From NCBI RefSeq assembly GCF_963921235.1, contig NC_086097.1, positions 12,710,001 through 12,774,000 on the forward strand: a stretch of DNA of 64,000 nt. Reading direction: 5' to 3'. Source of the DNA: Mobula hypostoma (Eukaryota). The notes below the pieces were generated by a model. The model had not been told where the DNA came from. It made no database searches and worked only from the letters and a program-made list of their open reading frames with translations. Each line of letters opens with the position of its first letter. Position 1 is the first letter of the stretch. A program made the translations under genes and the position numbers. Shown here in pieces: positions 11,469-23,718 of this stretch.

Positions 11469-13560
11469 CTTTCTCCCCCTTTAGATTACTGCAACATAAA
11501 ACTAGATATGTACAAAACATTCAATTTCCTTTTCACAATCGATATTACAAATAAAGATGCTTTCACAATAACAGTTCATAACTAACCTCACAGTTCTAAA
11601 GGTTCAGTCCTTTTGGGTGGTATTCTGTTTCTTTCAGGATGGCACTTCTGGAGCTGTGGAGTGGCAGTAGGTTTGAAAGGTGTCTTGTCCAAGACAGCAT
11701 TCTCAGTTTCAATTGTCATGTTGCCGTCAGTGACATCACCATTGAGAGGCAAGCCCAGTGACTGTAATATATCCATCCTGTTGGATGCAATCAACTCAGG
11801 TGTGTTCTTTGATTGAGCATACAATAGCTGGTCCAGGTAACGTCTCCTTGTCTGACCTCCAACCTCCATTGTGAACTTTGGTAGTACAGTTCTTGTAGCT
11901 ATCCTATCAGGTGGCCACTTGTCTTCTCAGTAACCATGCGCTGGGAATTCCTGTCCAATCTCGAAGCTCCTTGCTGCTTCACATGGCAACTGGCTGAACT
12001 GTTTATTCTGCACTTCCCTCCAGAGGTGGTCTATGCGAGACCTCAAATTCCTTTTCACAAACAGCATTATAGGTGTTTGATTTGTCATTGCATGAACAGA
12101 GTTCATACACAAAAGGAAGTTTTCCCACCTTGTGCTATAGAAAAAAAAGTCCTCCTTGTCCTTCACTTCAATGGACTTCTTGGAGTTTTGGATAAACCTT
12201 TCAGCTAACCTATTTGTTGCTGTGTGGTAAGGAGCTGACTTGAAATGTCTGATGACATTTTTCTTCATGAACAGTCAGAATTCTTCTGCCATGTATTGTG
12301 GTCCATTGTCGCTCACTATTTTTTCTGGTAAGCTGTTTCTGGCGAAGATAGTCCTCAGAGCGGCGGCAGTCTTTGCTGAGATAGTTGACTTCATTGATAT
12401 AACCTCCAACCACTTCAAATAAGCATCCATATCAATGAGGAACATGGAGTCCATGAATGGCCCAGCAAAATCAACATGCATTCTTTGTTATGATGAAGAC
12501 TGCCACTCCCATTGATGCAATGGTAGCCTTGTGGGGTGCGTCTTGAACTTTTTGGCATCTTGAACAGCTTTTGGCCAAGTCTTCAATCTGTTTATCGATT
12601 CCCAGCCAGCACACATAGCTGCAGGTGAGACTCTTCATCTTGACTGTACCCAGGTGTCTTCATGCTGATTTTCTAACACTCTGGTGTGCAGTTTAGAGGG
12701 AACCACAACACAAAATCCATGCATCAGTGTTCTTTGACATACCGGGTGTTGATCTCGTCTCATTGAGAACTTTGGAAACATAGGGTTACCATGAGCTGGC
12801 TACCCTTGCATGGTGATTTCATAGATTTTTGGTAATGTTGCATGCCAGTCTGATGGGTAGGGATTGATCATAGTGGGTGAGTAGTTCATTGGATGTTATT
12901 AGTCTTTTTGTTTCCTTGAATGGTTTTGCACAACTTTCTAACCATTCCCGCTTTGATCTTGTCTGTAGCTGTGTGTTCAATGGATGCAGCACCGTAGCAA
13001 TGTTTGGGAGAAACCGGTGGTAATATTTATAAGGCCCAAGTATGACCTGAGTTGTGACGAATTTTCTGGTGACTGTAGCAATGCTTCAATCTTCTCTTGT
13101 GACTTACGTAAGCCATGTTTGTCAATGACATGTCCACAATATGAGATATCATTCTTGAGAAACTCACATTTGTCTCTTTGCACACAAACCATACTCACTC
13201 AGCCTGGTAAGCACTTTACCAAGGTTTTGGAGATGTTTTTCACTGTTTTTACCAGTCACAATGATGTCATGGTGTACCTGGGATATCTTGGAGCCTTTGG
13301 TCCATTGCTCTTTGCCAAATTGCTGGAGCTGGTGCAACACCAAAGACGAGACAATTATACTGGAACAGTCCCTTGTGAGTGTTGATTGTGAGGAACTTTC
13401 TGCTTGACTCCTCAATCTCTATTTGCATATAGGCTTGTGACAAGTCAATCTCTGAAAACCTCTCCCCTCCTGCCAAAGATGCAAATATATCTTCTATTCA
13501 CGGCAGGGGATACTGCATGGTACGGGTTGATGTTCAGCTTGAAATCCCCAAACAGACTAA
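11264..13560 (-). mobile_element. Decayed Gypsy/Ty3 LTR retrotransposon (RT and integrase remnants, 3' LTR)
   Basis: RT remnants (GGERFSEIDLSQAY, FGVAPAPAIWQR) precede integrase motifs (HVDFAGPF, IVSDNGPQ, SAPYH.ATN.LAERF). A polypurine tract AAGGGGGAGAAAG precedes the LTR. There are many frameshifts, and no RNase H is recognisable. Confidence 0.9.
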
Positions 13561-14003
13561 ACCCTGGAAGAATAGTGAAATCCATGAGGAAGGCTCATGG
13601 CCTTCACAAAATAATTTAGGCAAGGAACTGCAGGGGATAGAAGATCACGAACTACAAGTTATTGTATTTATTTAGAGGTAGAACATGGAATGGGCCATTT
13701 CAGCTCAGCAAGCCATTCCACCCAGCAACCTACCATTTTTTTAAAAACTCTAACCTAATCACAGGACAACTTACAATGAGCAATTAACCTACAAACCAAT
13801 ACTTCTTTGGACTGTGTGTGGAAACTGGAACACCTGGAAAAAACCCATGCAGTCACAGTGAAAGGGTACAAACACCTTATAGAGTTGAACTCTGAACTCC
13901 AACACCCTGAGCTGTAATAGCGCTGTGCTAACCGCTACACTACCACAGCACCCTAGTTTACACTCATGATCACTTGGTTCAGCAGGACGGTAAGTACAAT
14001 GGC

Positions 14004-15205
14004 AACACACACAAAATGCTGGAGGAACTCACCAGGTCAGACAGCATCTATGGAAATGAATAAGTAGTCAACGTTTCAGGCTGGGACCCTTCGCGGGACA
14101 GGAAAAAAGATGAGAAATTGGAGTAAGAAGAAGTAACAAAATTGATTGGTGAAAGAGATAAAGGGCTGGAGGAGGGGGAATCTGACAGAGAGGGTAAAGG
14201 TGGGGGGAGAAGGAGCATGGGGGAGAGGGGGAAGACAGAGGGATTGAGAAAGGGGAGGGCTGTGACAGAATTGTACGAAGTAAATTTGAGAGAAGTTGGA
14301 GGCAAAGTTGATGAAGCCAAAAAGCTCAGCGTGGGTGTGGGAGGCAGCACCAATATGGTTGTCTGTGTAGTATAGGAAAAGTTGGGGAGTTGGGGAGTGG
14401 TGCCAGTGTAAGTTTAGAACACAAACTGTTCCACCTAGCCAACAAAAAGGCAGGCATAACTGAATGCCCATGGATACGCCTTTGGGTTGAAGGAAGTGGG
14501 AGTAGCTGAAGGAGTAATTATTGAGAGTGAGAACCAGTTTTGCCAGATGGAGGAGAGTGGTGGTGAAGGGGAACTGGTTGGGTCTGTTGTCAAGAAAGAA
14601 CCGGAGAGCAGCAAGGCTCTCATGATAGGGGAATGGAGGTGTATAGGGACAGGACATCCATGGTGAAAATCAGACAATCAGGTCAGGGGATCTTGAAGTC
14701 ATTGAAAAGATACAGAGAGTGTGAAGTGTCATGGACATAGGTTGGAAGGGACTGGACCATGGGGGATAAAATAGAGTTGATGTATGCCGATATAAGTTTG
14801 GTGGGGCAGAAACAATGGGTCTATCTGAAGAAGGTTTATGAATCTTGGGCAGGATGTAGAAATGGGAGGTGAAGGGTAAGGGAACTAAGAAGTTGGTGGC
14901 AGTGGGTGGGAGATCCCTGGGTTTGTGATGGTGCAGGAGACAATGATTTGGAGCTCTGGGGTCCTGCTCAAGGGGCAAGTACGGGAAGGTGTCTGAGAGT
15001 TGCCAGCTGAAGGATAGAGGTCAGACCGCCATAACCTACATCATGCCCCTTGTCTGTAGGTTTGATGGTGAGGTTAAGATAAGTGTGGAGAGAGTGCAGA
15101 GCAGCTTGTTTAGAAGGAGCGAGGTTTGAATTGGAGAGGGGAGTGGTAAATTCGAGGCAGTTGATGTCTCGTCAGCAGTTAGCAATAAAAACATTCAGAG
15201 AGGAG
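14004..15205 (-). mobile_element. Penelope-like element, decayed RT region plus 3' end
   Basis: Remnants FYILPKIHK, RPIVS, LVLTLNN, KGVSMG and YACLFVG. The N-terminal part continues at 16808-17002. Confidence 0.85.
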
Positions 15206-15231
15206 TGTCCAAGAAGAGGACGATGGCTAAA

Positions 15232-16795
15232 GACCATAAGACGTAGGAGCAGAATTAGGCCATTCAGCCGATCGAGTCTGCACTGCCATTCATCATGGCT
15301 GATCCCAGATCCCACTCAACCCCATACACATGCCTTCTCACCACATCCTTTCTTGCCCTGACCAATCAGGAAGCTACCATCTTCTGCTTTAAATATACCC
15401 ACGGACTTGGCCTCCACTGCGTTCTGTTTCAGAGGATTCCACAGATTCACTACTCTCTAGCTAAAAATAATTCCTCCTTACCTCTGTTCTAAAAAGTTGA
15501 CTCACAATTATGAGACTGTTACCAAAATGCATCAATTGCACTATCTAAATCATTGACAAACAATATGAAAATTAACGATCCCAATACTGACACCGGAGGA
15601 ACATCAGTAGTCACTGGCAGCCAACCGAAAAAAGTCCAGTTTATTCCCATTTGCTGCCTCCTGCCTGTCAGCCATTCCGCTATCCATGTCAGTATCTTTC
15701 CCGTAATGCCATAGGATTTTATCCTGTTAAGCAGCCTCATGTGTGGTACCTTATCAAATGCCTTCTGAAAATCCACTGCCTCTCCTTTGTCCACCCTGCT
15801 CGATACTTCCTCAAAGAATTCTAACAGAATTGTTAGGCAAGATTTTCTTTTACAAAAACCATGCGGACCTTGATTTATTTTATCATTGGTCTCCAAGTAC
15901 CCCAAAACCTCATCCTTAATAATAGTCTTCAACACACTCTCAATCCCTGAGGTTAGCCTTACAGGCCTACAATTTCCTTTCTTTTGCCTTCCTTCCTTCT
16001 TAAAGAGTGGAGTGACATTTGCAATCTTCCAGTCCTCTGGGATCATGCCAGAATCAAGTGATTCTTGAAAGATCATGACCAATGCATCTGTTATCTCTTC
16101 AGCAACTTCTCTCAGGACTCTGGGATGCAGTGCATCTGGCCCAGGTAACTTATCCATCATAAGACCTTACTGTTTGCCTAGCACTTCTCCTTTCTAATAG
16201 CAGGGGCACTCACTCCTGCTGCCTGATACTCACGGACCTCTGGCTCACTGTTAGTATCTTCCACAGTGAAGACTGATACAAAATACTTATTAGTTTCACT
16301 TTCCATTTTTTTGTCCCTCATTACATCAGTAGCAACATTTAGCAGTGGTCCAATATCAACTCTCACTCCTTTTTACTCTTTATGTAACTAAAAAATATAG
16401 TATCCTGCTTTATATTATTGGCTAATTTGTCCTCATATTTAATCTTTTCCCTTCTTATAGCTTTTTTTGGTTGCCTTTTGTTGGATTTTAAAAGCTTCCC
16501 AATCATCCAACTTCTCACTCACTTTTGCTACCTTATATGCCCTTTCCTTGGCTTTTATGCAGTCCTTAAGTTCCCTTGTCAGCCAAGGTTGCCTACCCCT
16601 GCCATTGATAACTTTTTCTGAGGGACATATCTATCCTGTGCCTTGTGAATTAATCCCTGAAATGTCAGCCATCTCTGCTCTACCATGACCGCTGACAGTA
16701 TCCTCCTCCAATCTACCTGGGCAAGCACCTCTCTCATGTGTCTATAATTCCCTTTATTCCATGTGCTGCTTATGCTTCTTCCTCTCAAATGCAGT
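15232..16795 (-). mobile_element. Old CR1 LINE with internal deletion, nested within the PLE
   Basis: ORF 15519-16160 has PGPD, WKIANVTPLFKK and DFQKAFDKVPH. A CR1-type 3'UTR lies near 15235-15320. Confidence 0.9.
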
Positions 16796-16807
16796 ATTAC
16801 AAGGGAA

Positions 16808-17002
16808 AGGATTATAGATGTGGGCTGGCAAGTCCTTGCCAAAGATGTTGGCATGGAGATGGAGGTGGCAGAAGTGTTCTGCGTCATGATGGGTGTGGTA
16901 CTCACTGAGGTGCAGACGCAGGGGGACAAAGGCAAGGCCCTGTCTGAGGCCACAATGTTCTGCCTCAGACAGGGGAAGGTCAGAGGAGATTGTGAAGACT
17001 GA
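16808..17002 (-). mobile_element. PLE ORF N-terminal fragment
   Basis: VFTISSDLPLSEAE...GLAFVPL, homologous to 29900-30070. Confidence 0.75.
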
Positions 17003-17731
17003 CAAAGGTAAGGCCCTTACTGACGGAATACAATATCAGCCTTTGCATGACATAGGAAACAACTCGACATGTGATCAAATAATGCAAGCTGGGCAAAAAA
17101 AACAGAGCAGTTGAAAACAAATGTTTTTGCAGTCAAAAGGGTGATTCATTTAACAGGGCCATCAGCAATGGGCAAAGATCTGAAAACGGATGTGGATTTT
17201 CAATTTCGTTTCTCGTAGGAGAACAATCACTGGCCAGGTAATCGGCTGAGTGGATTGACTTTCAAAAATCCCACATGAACAAACACCTCAGCCCTTAACA
17301 AGACTGAAAAAAATAACTGAAAGATGAGCTTACAGTAAGAATGTTAACACACAGCCAACCACTCCTTCTTGTAAATTCATAAACAGTTTGGTCTTTTACA
17401 GCAATCTTTCACAATCTGAATACCTCATGCAACTGAAACTGATACTTTACACTCATTTGCCACTGGTCAATAACAGTTATCTGTGCGAACAGCACAGGCT
17501 TTTCCCAGATGAGCCACTCTAAAGATGCTCAGTGTACTTGTTTTACACAAGGAAGAAATCTGTAGCATCAGCTGCAGAAGAGGTTCTTGCCTTGAAATAT
17601 CAGAATGTCAGCCCTCTTCCAGAGGCTAACTTGGCTTCTGTGGATTTCCAGAAAATTTGGACTTTGTTGTACATATTTGCTACTTTTTTTTTGGCTTCCA
17701 AAACTGGGCCTGTCTCTTTAAAAGGCACACA

Positions 17732-17876
17732 CTATGGAACAGATTCTTTAACTTCCACCCACTCAGCCATTCGTTTGATCTCTACAATACTGGAAAATGC
17801 CTTGTTTCTTCCTGTAAATTCATCTTGATAAAGATTTTCTTCTTCTGGTGTGAAGGTTAAACACTGACATAAAGAA
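17732..17876 (-). CDS. Candidate terminal coding exon of an unidentified host gene (SLCQCLTFTPEEENLYQDEFTGRNKAFSSIVEIKRMAEWVEVKESVP*)
   Basis: Non-repetitive sequence with acceptor tatttcAG and a 47-codon open frame to TAG. No homology recognised. Confidence 0.35.
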
Positions 17877-19423
17877 CTGAAATATACTAGAAGTATTTTA
17901 AATTTTGAACACTGCGACGTAGAATAGTAGAAATAAATGCAATAAAACCCTCACAGTGAGTAGAATTTTTTTTACAGGGTAGTTTCATCACTGATTGCAT
18001 CTTTCACACTACACAGGTGCCTCTGATCATTAAACACCTCAAAAATTATATTTTGCTGATTCCTGATTCAGAATACAACAACTGAAAATTGAACCTCTGG
18101 CAATTTTCTCATTTTAACCTTTCCGCAGTGACTTACCTTGGAATGGCTGGCTAAGGAGTTTCTTTATTGAAATAGGGAAATCAAAACCTCGTTATATTCC
18201 TATACCTGGAAGTAGAAACAACACATCGGTCCTGAAAGGGTAAGTGCAGAATATGCAGATTCTGATGTCTAATTTTTCAACACCATTCCTCAAGGGGAGC
18301 CTGTTCCCATTCCGGGATTGTCCTCTGGGAGTGGTATTTTTATAACAGAAATTCCTAGTGTTAAGAGAAAAACTAATGGTTCGCTTCCATCTTGCACAGC
18401 ATGGTAGTACTGCCACTCATTAGCTCTGATGTGCTGCAAGTTGTGTTGAACTACACTAAACCTCAAAATGACACAAAATAACTGACTGAAAGGAAAACAA
18501 CATATTGTTCTTTTCTTGATACCTAAACATCATTATTTTGAATGCAACTAATTCACCAGTTGGTTTTAACCTTGGATTCAAACTGCTACTTCATGGGTGG
18601 AACATGCACTCCAGGTTCAAATTTCAATGCCATATGGGAGGAATGCACCTCTGTCAGAGGTGCCATTTTCAGATGGGGCGTTAAACAAAGATTTAGTCAT
18701 CCTTTTCACAATCACAGAAAAGGTCACGTGATTCAATCATGGGCTTTCCTCCCCCCCACTTCCCTACTCTGACCTTTTATCTCTTCTCACCTGTCTATCA
18801 CTTCCCCCTGAAACCCCTGCTCCTTCCTTTTTTTCCCTATGGTCCATTCTCCTCTCCAATCAGATTTCTTCTTCAGCCTTTGACCTTTTCCACCCACCTG
18901 GCTTCACCTATCACCTTCTAGCTATCTTCATTCCCTCCCCCTCCCCATCTTTTTTATTCTAGCATCTACCCCTTCCTTCTCAGTCATGAAGAAGTTTCTA
19001 AGCCTGAAGTGTCAGGAAGCCGCCCAACCTGCTGAGTTCCTCCAGGTTTTTTTTTGTGTGCTGCTCTGAATTTTCAGCATCTGCAGACTTCATCATATTT
19101 ATCAATCAGCAATGCTTTCTGGCTAATATCGCCAAACAGGTTAGTCTAGAAATGTGATCATTAGGACAGATAGCTTGGGCACACTTGCCATATTGGAACA
19201 ATGGACTTGAGAACTGAATGACCCAGTCCTGTGCCTGAAAACACTGCAACTTGTAACTTTCTGGTGCAGAGGAGTTGAAATTTGGATACAAGTATCAGGA
19301 TACTTTAAAGGGTAGACAGTGATGGCAAGGCCACTTCATTCTGTACAAAAAGGACGGGTTACACTTAAATCCTCGGGGGACCAATATCCTGGCAGGGAGA
19401 TTAGCGGGGGCTACTGAGGTGAC

Positions 19424-19430
19424 TTTAAAC
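19424..19430 (+). promoter_or_regulatory. Putative -1 ribosomal frameshift slippery site T TTA AAC
   Basis: X XXY YYZ heptamer in the ORF1 frame directly before the ORF1 TAG. The -1 frame is ORF2. Confidence 0.7.
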
Positions 19431-19438
19431 TAGAATGG

Positions 19439-22438
19439 TTGGGGGGTGGGAATCAAATTAAAGCGGCTAGGTGTGAGGAGGTTAGTTCACAACAGAGGGA
19501 TGGGAACCAGTGCAGAGAGACAGAGGGGTGTAAAGTGAGCGTAGAAGCAAAAAGTACAAAGGGGAAAAGTAAAAGTGGCAGGCCGACAAATCCAGGGCAA
19601 GCATTAAAAAGGGCTAAGAGAGTTGTAAAAGAGTGCCTGAAGGCTTTATGTGTCAATGCAAGGAGCATTCGTAATAAGGTGGATGAATTGAAAGTGCAGA
19701 TTGTTATTAATGATTATGATATAGTTGGGATCACAGAGACATGGCTCCAGGGTGACCAGGGATGGGAGCTCAACGTTCAGGGATATTCAATATTCAGGAG
19801 GGATAGACACGAAGGAAGGGGAGGTGGGGTGGCGTTGCTGGTTAAAAAAGAGATTAACGCAATAGAAAGGAAGGACATAAGCCGGGAAGATGTGGAATCG
19901 ATATGGGTAGAGCTGCGTAACACTAAGGGGCAGAAGACGCTGGTGGGAGTTGTGTACAGGCCACCTAACAGTAGTAGTGAGGTCGGAGATGGTATTAAAC
20001 AGGAAATTAGAAATGTGTGCAATAAAGGAACAGCAGTTATAATGGGTGACTTCAATCTACATGTAGACTGGGTGAACCAAATTGGTAAAGGTGCTGAGGA
20101 AGAGGATTTCTTGGAATGTATGCGGGATGGTTTTTTGAACCAACATGTCGAGGAACCAACTAGAGAGCAGGCTATTCTGGACTGGGTTTTGAGCAATGAG
20201 GAAGGGTTAATTAGCGATCTTGTCGTGAGAGGCCCCTTGGGTAAGAGTGACCATAATATGGTGGAATTCTTCATTAACATGGAGAGTGACGTAGTTAATT
20301 CAGAAACAAAGGTTCTGAACTTAAAGAGGGGTAACTTTGAAGGTATGAGACATGAATTAGCTAAGATAGACTGGCAAATGACACTTCAAGGATTGACGGT
20401 GGATATGCAATGGCAGGCATTTAAAGGTTGCATGGATGAACTACAACAATTGTTCATCCCAGTTTGGCAAAAGAATAAATCAAGGAAGGTAGTGCACCCG
20501 TGGCTGACAAGAGAAATTAGGGATAGTATCAATTCCAAAGAAGTAGCATACAAATTAGCCAGAGAAAGTGGCTCACCTGAGGACTGGGAGAAATTCAGAG
20601 TTCAGCAGAGGAGGACAAAGGGCTTAATTAGGAAGGGGAAAAAAGATTATGAGAGAAAACTGGCAGAGAACATAAAAACGGACTGTAAAAGCTTTTATAG
20701 ATATGTAAAAAGGAAAAGACTGATAAAGACAAATGTAGGTCCCCTGCAAACAGAAACAGGTGAATTGATTATGGGGAGCAAGGACATGGCAGACCAATTG
20801 AATAATTACTTTGGTTCTGTCTTCACTAAGGAGGATATAAATAATCTTCCAGAAATAGTAAGGGACAGAGGGTCCAGTGAGATGGAGGAACTGAGCGAAA
20901 TACATGTTAGTAGGGAAGTGGTGTTAGGTAAATTGAAGGGATTGAAGGCAGATAAATCCCCAGGGCCAGATGGTCTGCATCCCAGAGTGCTTAAGGAAGT
21001 GGCCCAAGAAATAGTGGATGCATTAGTGATAATTTTTCAAAACTCGTTAGATTCTGGACTAGTTCCTGAGGATTGGAGGGTGGCTAATGTAACCCCACTT
21101 TTTAAAAAAGGAGGGAGAGAGAAACCGGGGAATTATAGGCCGGTTAGCCTAACGTCGGTGGTGGGGAAACTGCTGGAGTCAGTTATCAAGGATGTGATAA
21201 CAGCACATTTGGAAAGCGGTGAAATGATCGGACAAAGTCAGCATGGATTTGTGAAAGGAAAATCATGTCTGACGAATCTCATAGAATTTTTTGAGGATGT
21301 AACTAGTAGAGTGGATAGGGGAGAACCAGTGGATGTGGTATATTTGGATTTTCAAAAGGCTTTTGACAAGGTCCCACATAGGAGATTAGTGTGCAAACTT
21401 AAAGCACACGGTATTGGGGGTAAGGTATTGGTGTGGGTGGAGAATTGGTTAGCAGACAGGAAGCAAAGAGTGGGAATAAACGGGACCTTTTCAGAATGGC
21501 AGGCGGTGACTAGTGGGGTACCGCAAGGCTCAGTGCTGGGACCCCAGTTGTTTACAATATATATTAATGACTTGGATGAGGGAATTAAATGCAGCATCTC
21601 CAAGTTTGCGGATGACACGAAGCTGGGTGGCAGTGTTAGCAGTGAGGAGGATGCTAAGAGGATGCAGGGTGACTTGGATAGGTTGGGTGAGTGGGCAAAC
21701 TCATGGCAGAAGCAATTTAATGTGGATAAATGTGAAGTTATCCACTTTGGTGGCAAAAATAGGAAAACAGATTATTATCTGAATGGTGGCCGATTAGGAA
21801 AAGGGGAGGTGCAACGAGACCTGGGTGTCATTATACACCAGTCATTGAAAGTGGGCATGCAGGTACAGCAGGCGGTGAAAAAGGCGAATGGTATGCTGGC
21901 ATTTATAGCGAGAGGATTCGAGTACAGGAGCAGGGAGGTACTACTGCAGTTGTACAAGGCCTTGGTGAGACCACACCTGGAGTATTGTGTGCAGTTTTGG
22001 TCCCCTAATCTGAGGAAAGACATCTTTGCCATAGAGGGAGTACAAAGAAGGTTCACCAGATTGATTCCTGGGATGGCAGGTCTTTCATATGAAGAAAGAC
22101 TGGATGAACTGGGCTTGTACTCGTTGGAATTTAGAAGATTGAGGGGGGATCTGATTGAAACGTATAAGATCCTAAAGGGATTGGACAGGCTAGATGCAGG
22201 AAGATTGTTCCCGATGTTGGGGAGGTCTAGAACGAGGGGTCACAGTTTGAGGATAGAGGGGAAGCCTTTTAGGACCGAGGTTAGGAAAAACTTCTTCACA
22301 CAGAGAGTGGTGAATCTGTGGAATTCTCTGCCACAGCAAACTGTTGAGGCCAGTTCATTAGCTATGTTTAAAAGGAAGTTAGATATGGCCCTTGTGGCTA
22401 CAGGGGTCAGGGGGTATGGAGGGAAGGCTGGGTTCTGA
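19439..22438 (+). CDS. CR1 ORF2, intact APE endonuclease + reverse transcriptase; the annotated start is TTG
   Basis: 999 open codons with motifs NARS, ITETW, GDFN, SDH and FADD. The first in-frame ATG is at 20042. Confidence 0.95.
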   Translation: MGGGNQIKAARCEEVSSQQRDGNQCRETEGCKVSVEAKSTKGKSKSGRPTNPGQALKRAKRVVKECLKALCVNARSIRNKVDELKVQIVINDYDIVGITETWLQGDQGWELNVQGYSIFRRDRHEGRGGGVALLVKKEINAIERKDISREDVESIWVELRNTKGQKTLVGVVYRPPNSSSEVGDGIKQEIRNVCNKGTAVIMGDFNLHVDWVNQIGKGAEEEDFLECMRDGFLNQHVEEPTREQAILDWVLSNEEGLISDLVVRGPLGKSDHNMVEFFINMESDVVNSETKVLNLKRGNFEGMRHELAKIDWQMTLQGLTVDMQWQAFKGCMDELQQLFIPVWQKNKSRKVVHPWLTREIRDSINSKEVAYKLARESGSPEDWEKFRVQQRRTKGLIRKGKKDYERKLAENIKTDCKSFYRYVKRKRLIKTNVGPLQTETGELIMGSKDMADQLNNYFGSVFTKEDINNLPEIVRDRGSSEMEELSEIHVSREVVLGKLKGLKADKSPGPDGLHPRVLKEVAQEIVDALVIIFQNSLDSGLVPEDWRVANVTPLFKKGGREKPGNYRPVSLTSVVGKLLESVIKDVITAHLESGEMIGQSQHGFVKGKSCLTNLIEFFEDVTSRVDRGEPVDVVYLDFQKAFDKVPHRRLVCKLKAHGIGGKVLVWVENWLADRKQRVGINGTFSEWQAVTSGVPQGSVLGPQLFTIYINDLDEGIKCSISKFADDTKLGGSVSSEEDAKRMQGDLDRLGEWANSWQKQFNVDKCEVIHFGGKNRKTDYYLNGGRLGKGEVQRDLGVIIHQSLKVGMQVQQAVKKANGMLAFIARGFEYRSREVLLQLYKALVRPHLEYCVQFWSPNLRKDIFAIEGVQRRFTRLIPGMAGLSYEERLDELGLYSLEFRRLRGDLIETYKILKGLDRLDAGRLFPMLGRSRTRGHSLRIEGKPFRTEVRKNFFTQRVVNLWNSLPQQTVEASSLAMFKRKLDMALVATGVRGYGGKAGF

Positions 22439-23164
22439 GTTGGATGATCAGCCATGATCATAATAAATGGCGGTGCAGGCTCGAAGGGCCGAATGGCCTA
22501 CTCCTGCACCTATTTTCTATGTTTCTATGTTTCTATGTTTCTTATTTGCCAGTTATGCATGCATACCACATGCAAAGTGATTGTGCCCTTGGTGGACAAA
22601 TTATAGGGACAATAGTTGTGCTTGTAGTGAGGGTTAACATGGCTCTGAGATTACTCTCTGTGATGCTTTTCCACAATTTCTCATATTAGAAAGGCTGTCC
22701 AACGAGTCTCTAGATCTTTAGACTGATGTGGAATACACTATTTAAAGCTACTGTAGATTTACAATAATCAACTTTCTTTTAATTATGTGCAGATTATTCC
22801 TCAGCAATGACACCTCTTTAGTAATTAATGTACTTCACCTTCACAGAGGGTCACCCTGCTTTGTTAAAAACTGTTGCTTTATCAGACAAGACCCACAGGG
22901 ATTAAAACAACAGCAGTTTACCAACCAGAAGCTGTTAAAAGGAATTGAAATCAGCTTCCTTTGCTTCTCATCATCCTGCTGTTGCTAATAGAAGTGAAAT
23001 ATCGTATTCACCTAAACGAGAACAATGCCACCTTTTCAAAAAACAATAAATAAAAATAAAAACAGATGTTAAGATATTATGCAGAAAGCATATGCAGACT
23101 CTGGGTCAGGGGTTAAAGCTTTAAAATATTATTGTGATGGAACAGATAGTGTAAAGCAATGTAA

Positions 23165-23718
23165 CACAACACACACAAAATGCAGGAGGAACTCAGCAGG
23201 TCAAGCAGCCTTTATAGAAAGGAATAATCAGTCGATGTCACAGGAAAAGACCCTTCATCAGGACTGGAAAGAAAAGGGGAAGATGCCAGAATAAGAAGGT
23301 AGGGGGAGGGAGAAGAGTACAAGCTAGAAGGTGATAGATGAAGCCCGGTGGGTGGGGAAGATGGGGGATGAAGTAAGGAGCTGGGAGGTGATAAGTGGAA
23401 AAAGTAAAGGGCTGGAGAAGAAGGAACCTGATAGGAGAGGAGAGGAGGTGGGGCATCAGAGGGAGATGATAGGCAGGTGAGGTGAAGAGTTAAGATGGAG
23501 GTAGGGAAGTGAGGAAGAGGGAAGAGGGAGGGGAAAAGTTCCTGAAGTTGGAGAAATCGACGTTCATGTCATCAACTCGGAGACTATCTAGGCAGAATAT
23601 AAGATGTTGCTCCTCCAACCTGAGAGTGGCCTCATTGTAGCAGAAGCAGCAGCCATGGACCAACATGTCTGAATGCAAATTGGAATTGAAATGGTTGGCC
23701 ACCAGAAAATCCTGCTTT
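23165..23718 (-). mobile_element. PLE 3' fragment (GIY-YIG C-terminus and 3' region)
   Basis: ANHFNS...EATLRLEEQHLIF remnant. Similar fragments lie at ~10750-11110, 18738-19100, 32270-32590, 54350-54770 and 57945-58440. Confidence 0.8.

Larger units (their letters stand above)
19341..22541 (+). mobile_element. Young CR1 LINE, 5'-truncated within the end of ORF1
   Basis: ORF1 tail (YKKDGLHLNPRG...), intact ORF2, 3'UTR hairpin ATGATCAGCCATGATCAT and (ATGTTTCT)n tail. Confidence 0.97.

Noticed and set aside
18137..18239. Strong donor GTAAGT on both strands (minus at 18136, plus at 18240)
   Set aside because: The obvious 69-nt minus exon has stops in all three frames, and the plus candidate has no partner exons. 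Left unresolved.
19325..22560. TSD search for the CR1 copy at 19341-22541
   Set aside because: No convincing direct repeat in the flanks.
22920..22985. Possible exon QQQDDEKQRKLISIPFNSFWL, and another near 19170-19233
   Set aside because: The phase does not match the neighbouring candidate exon and the splice sites are weak.
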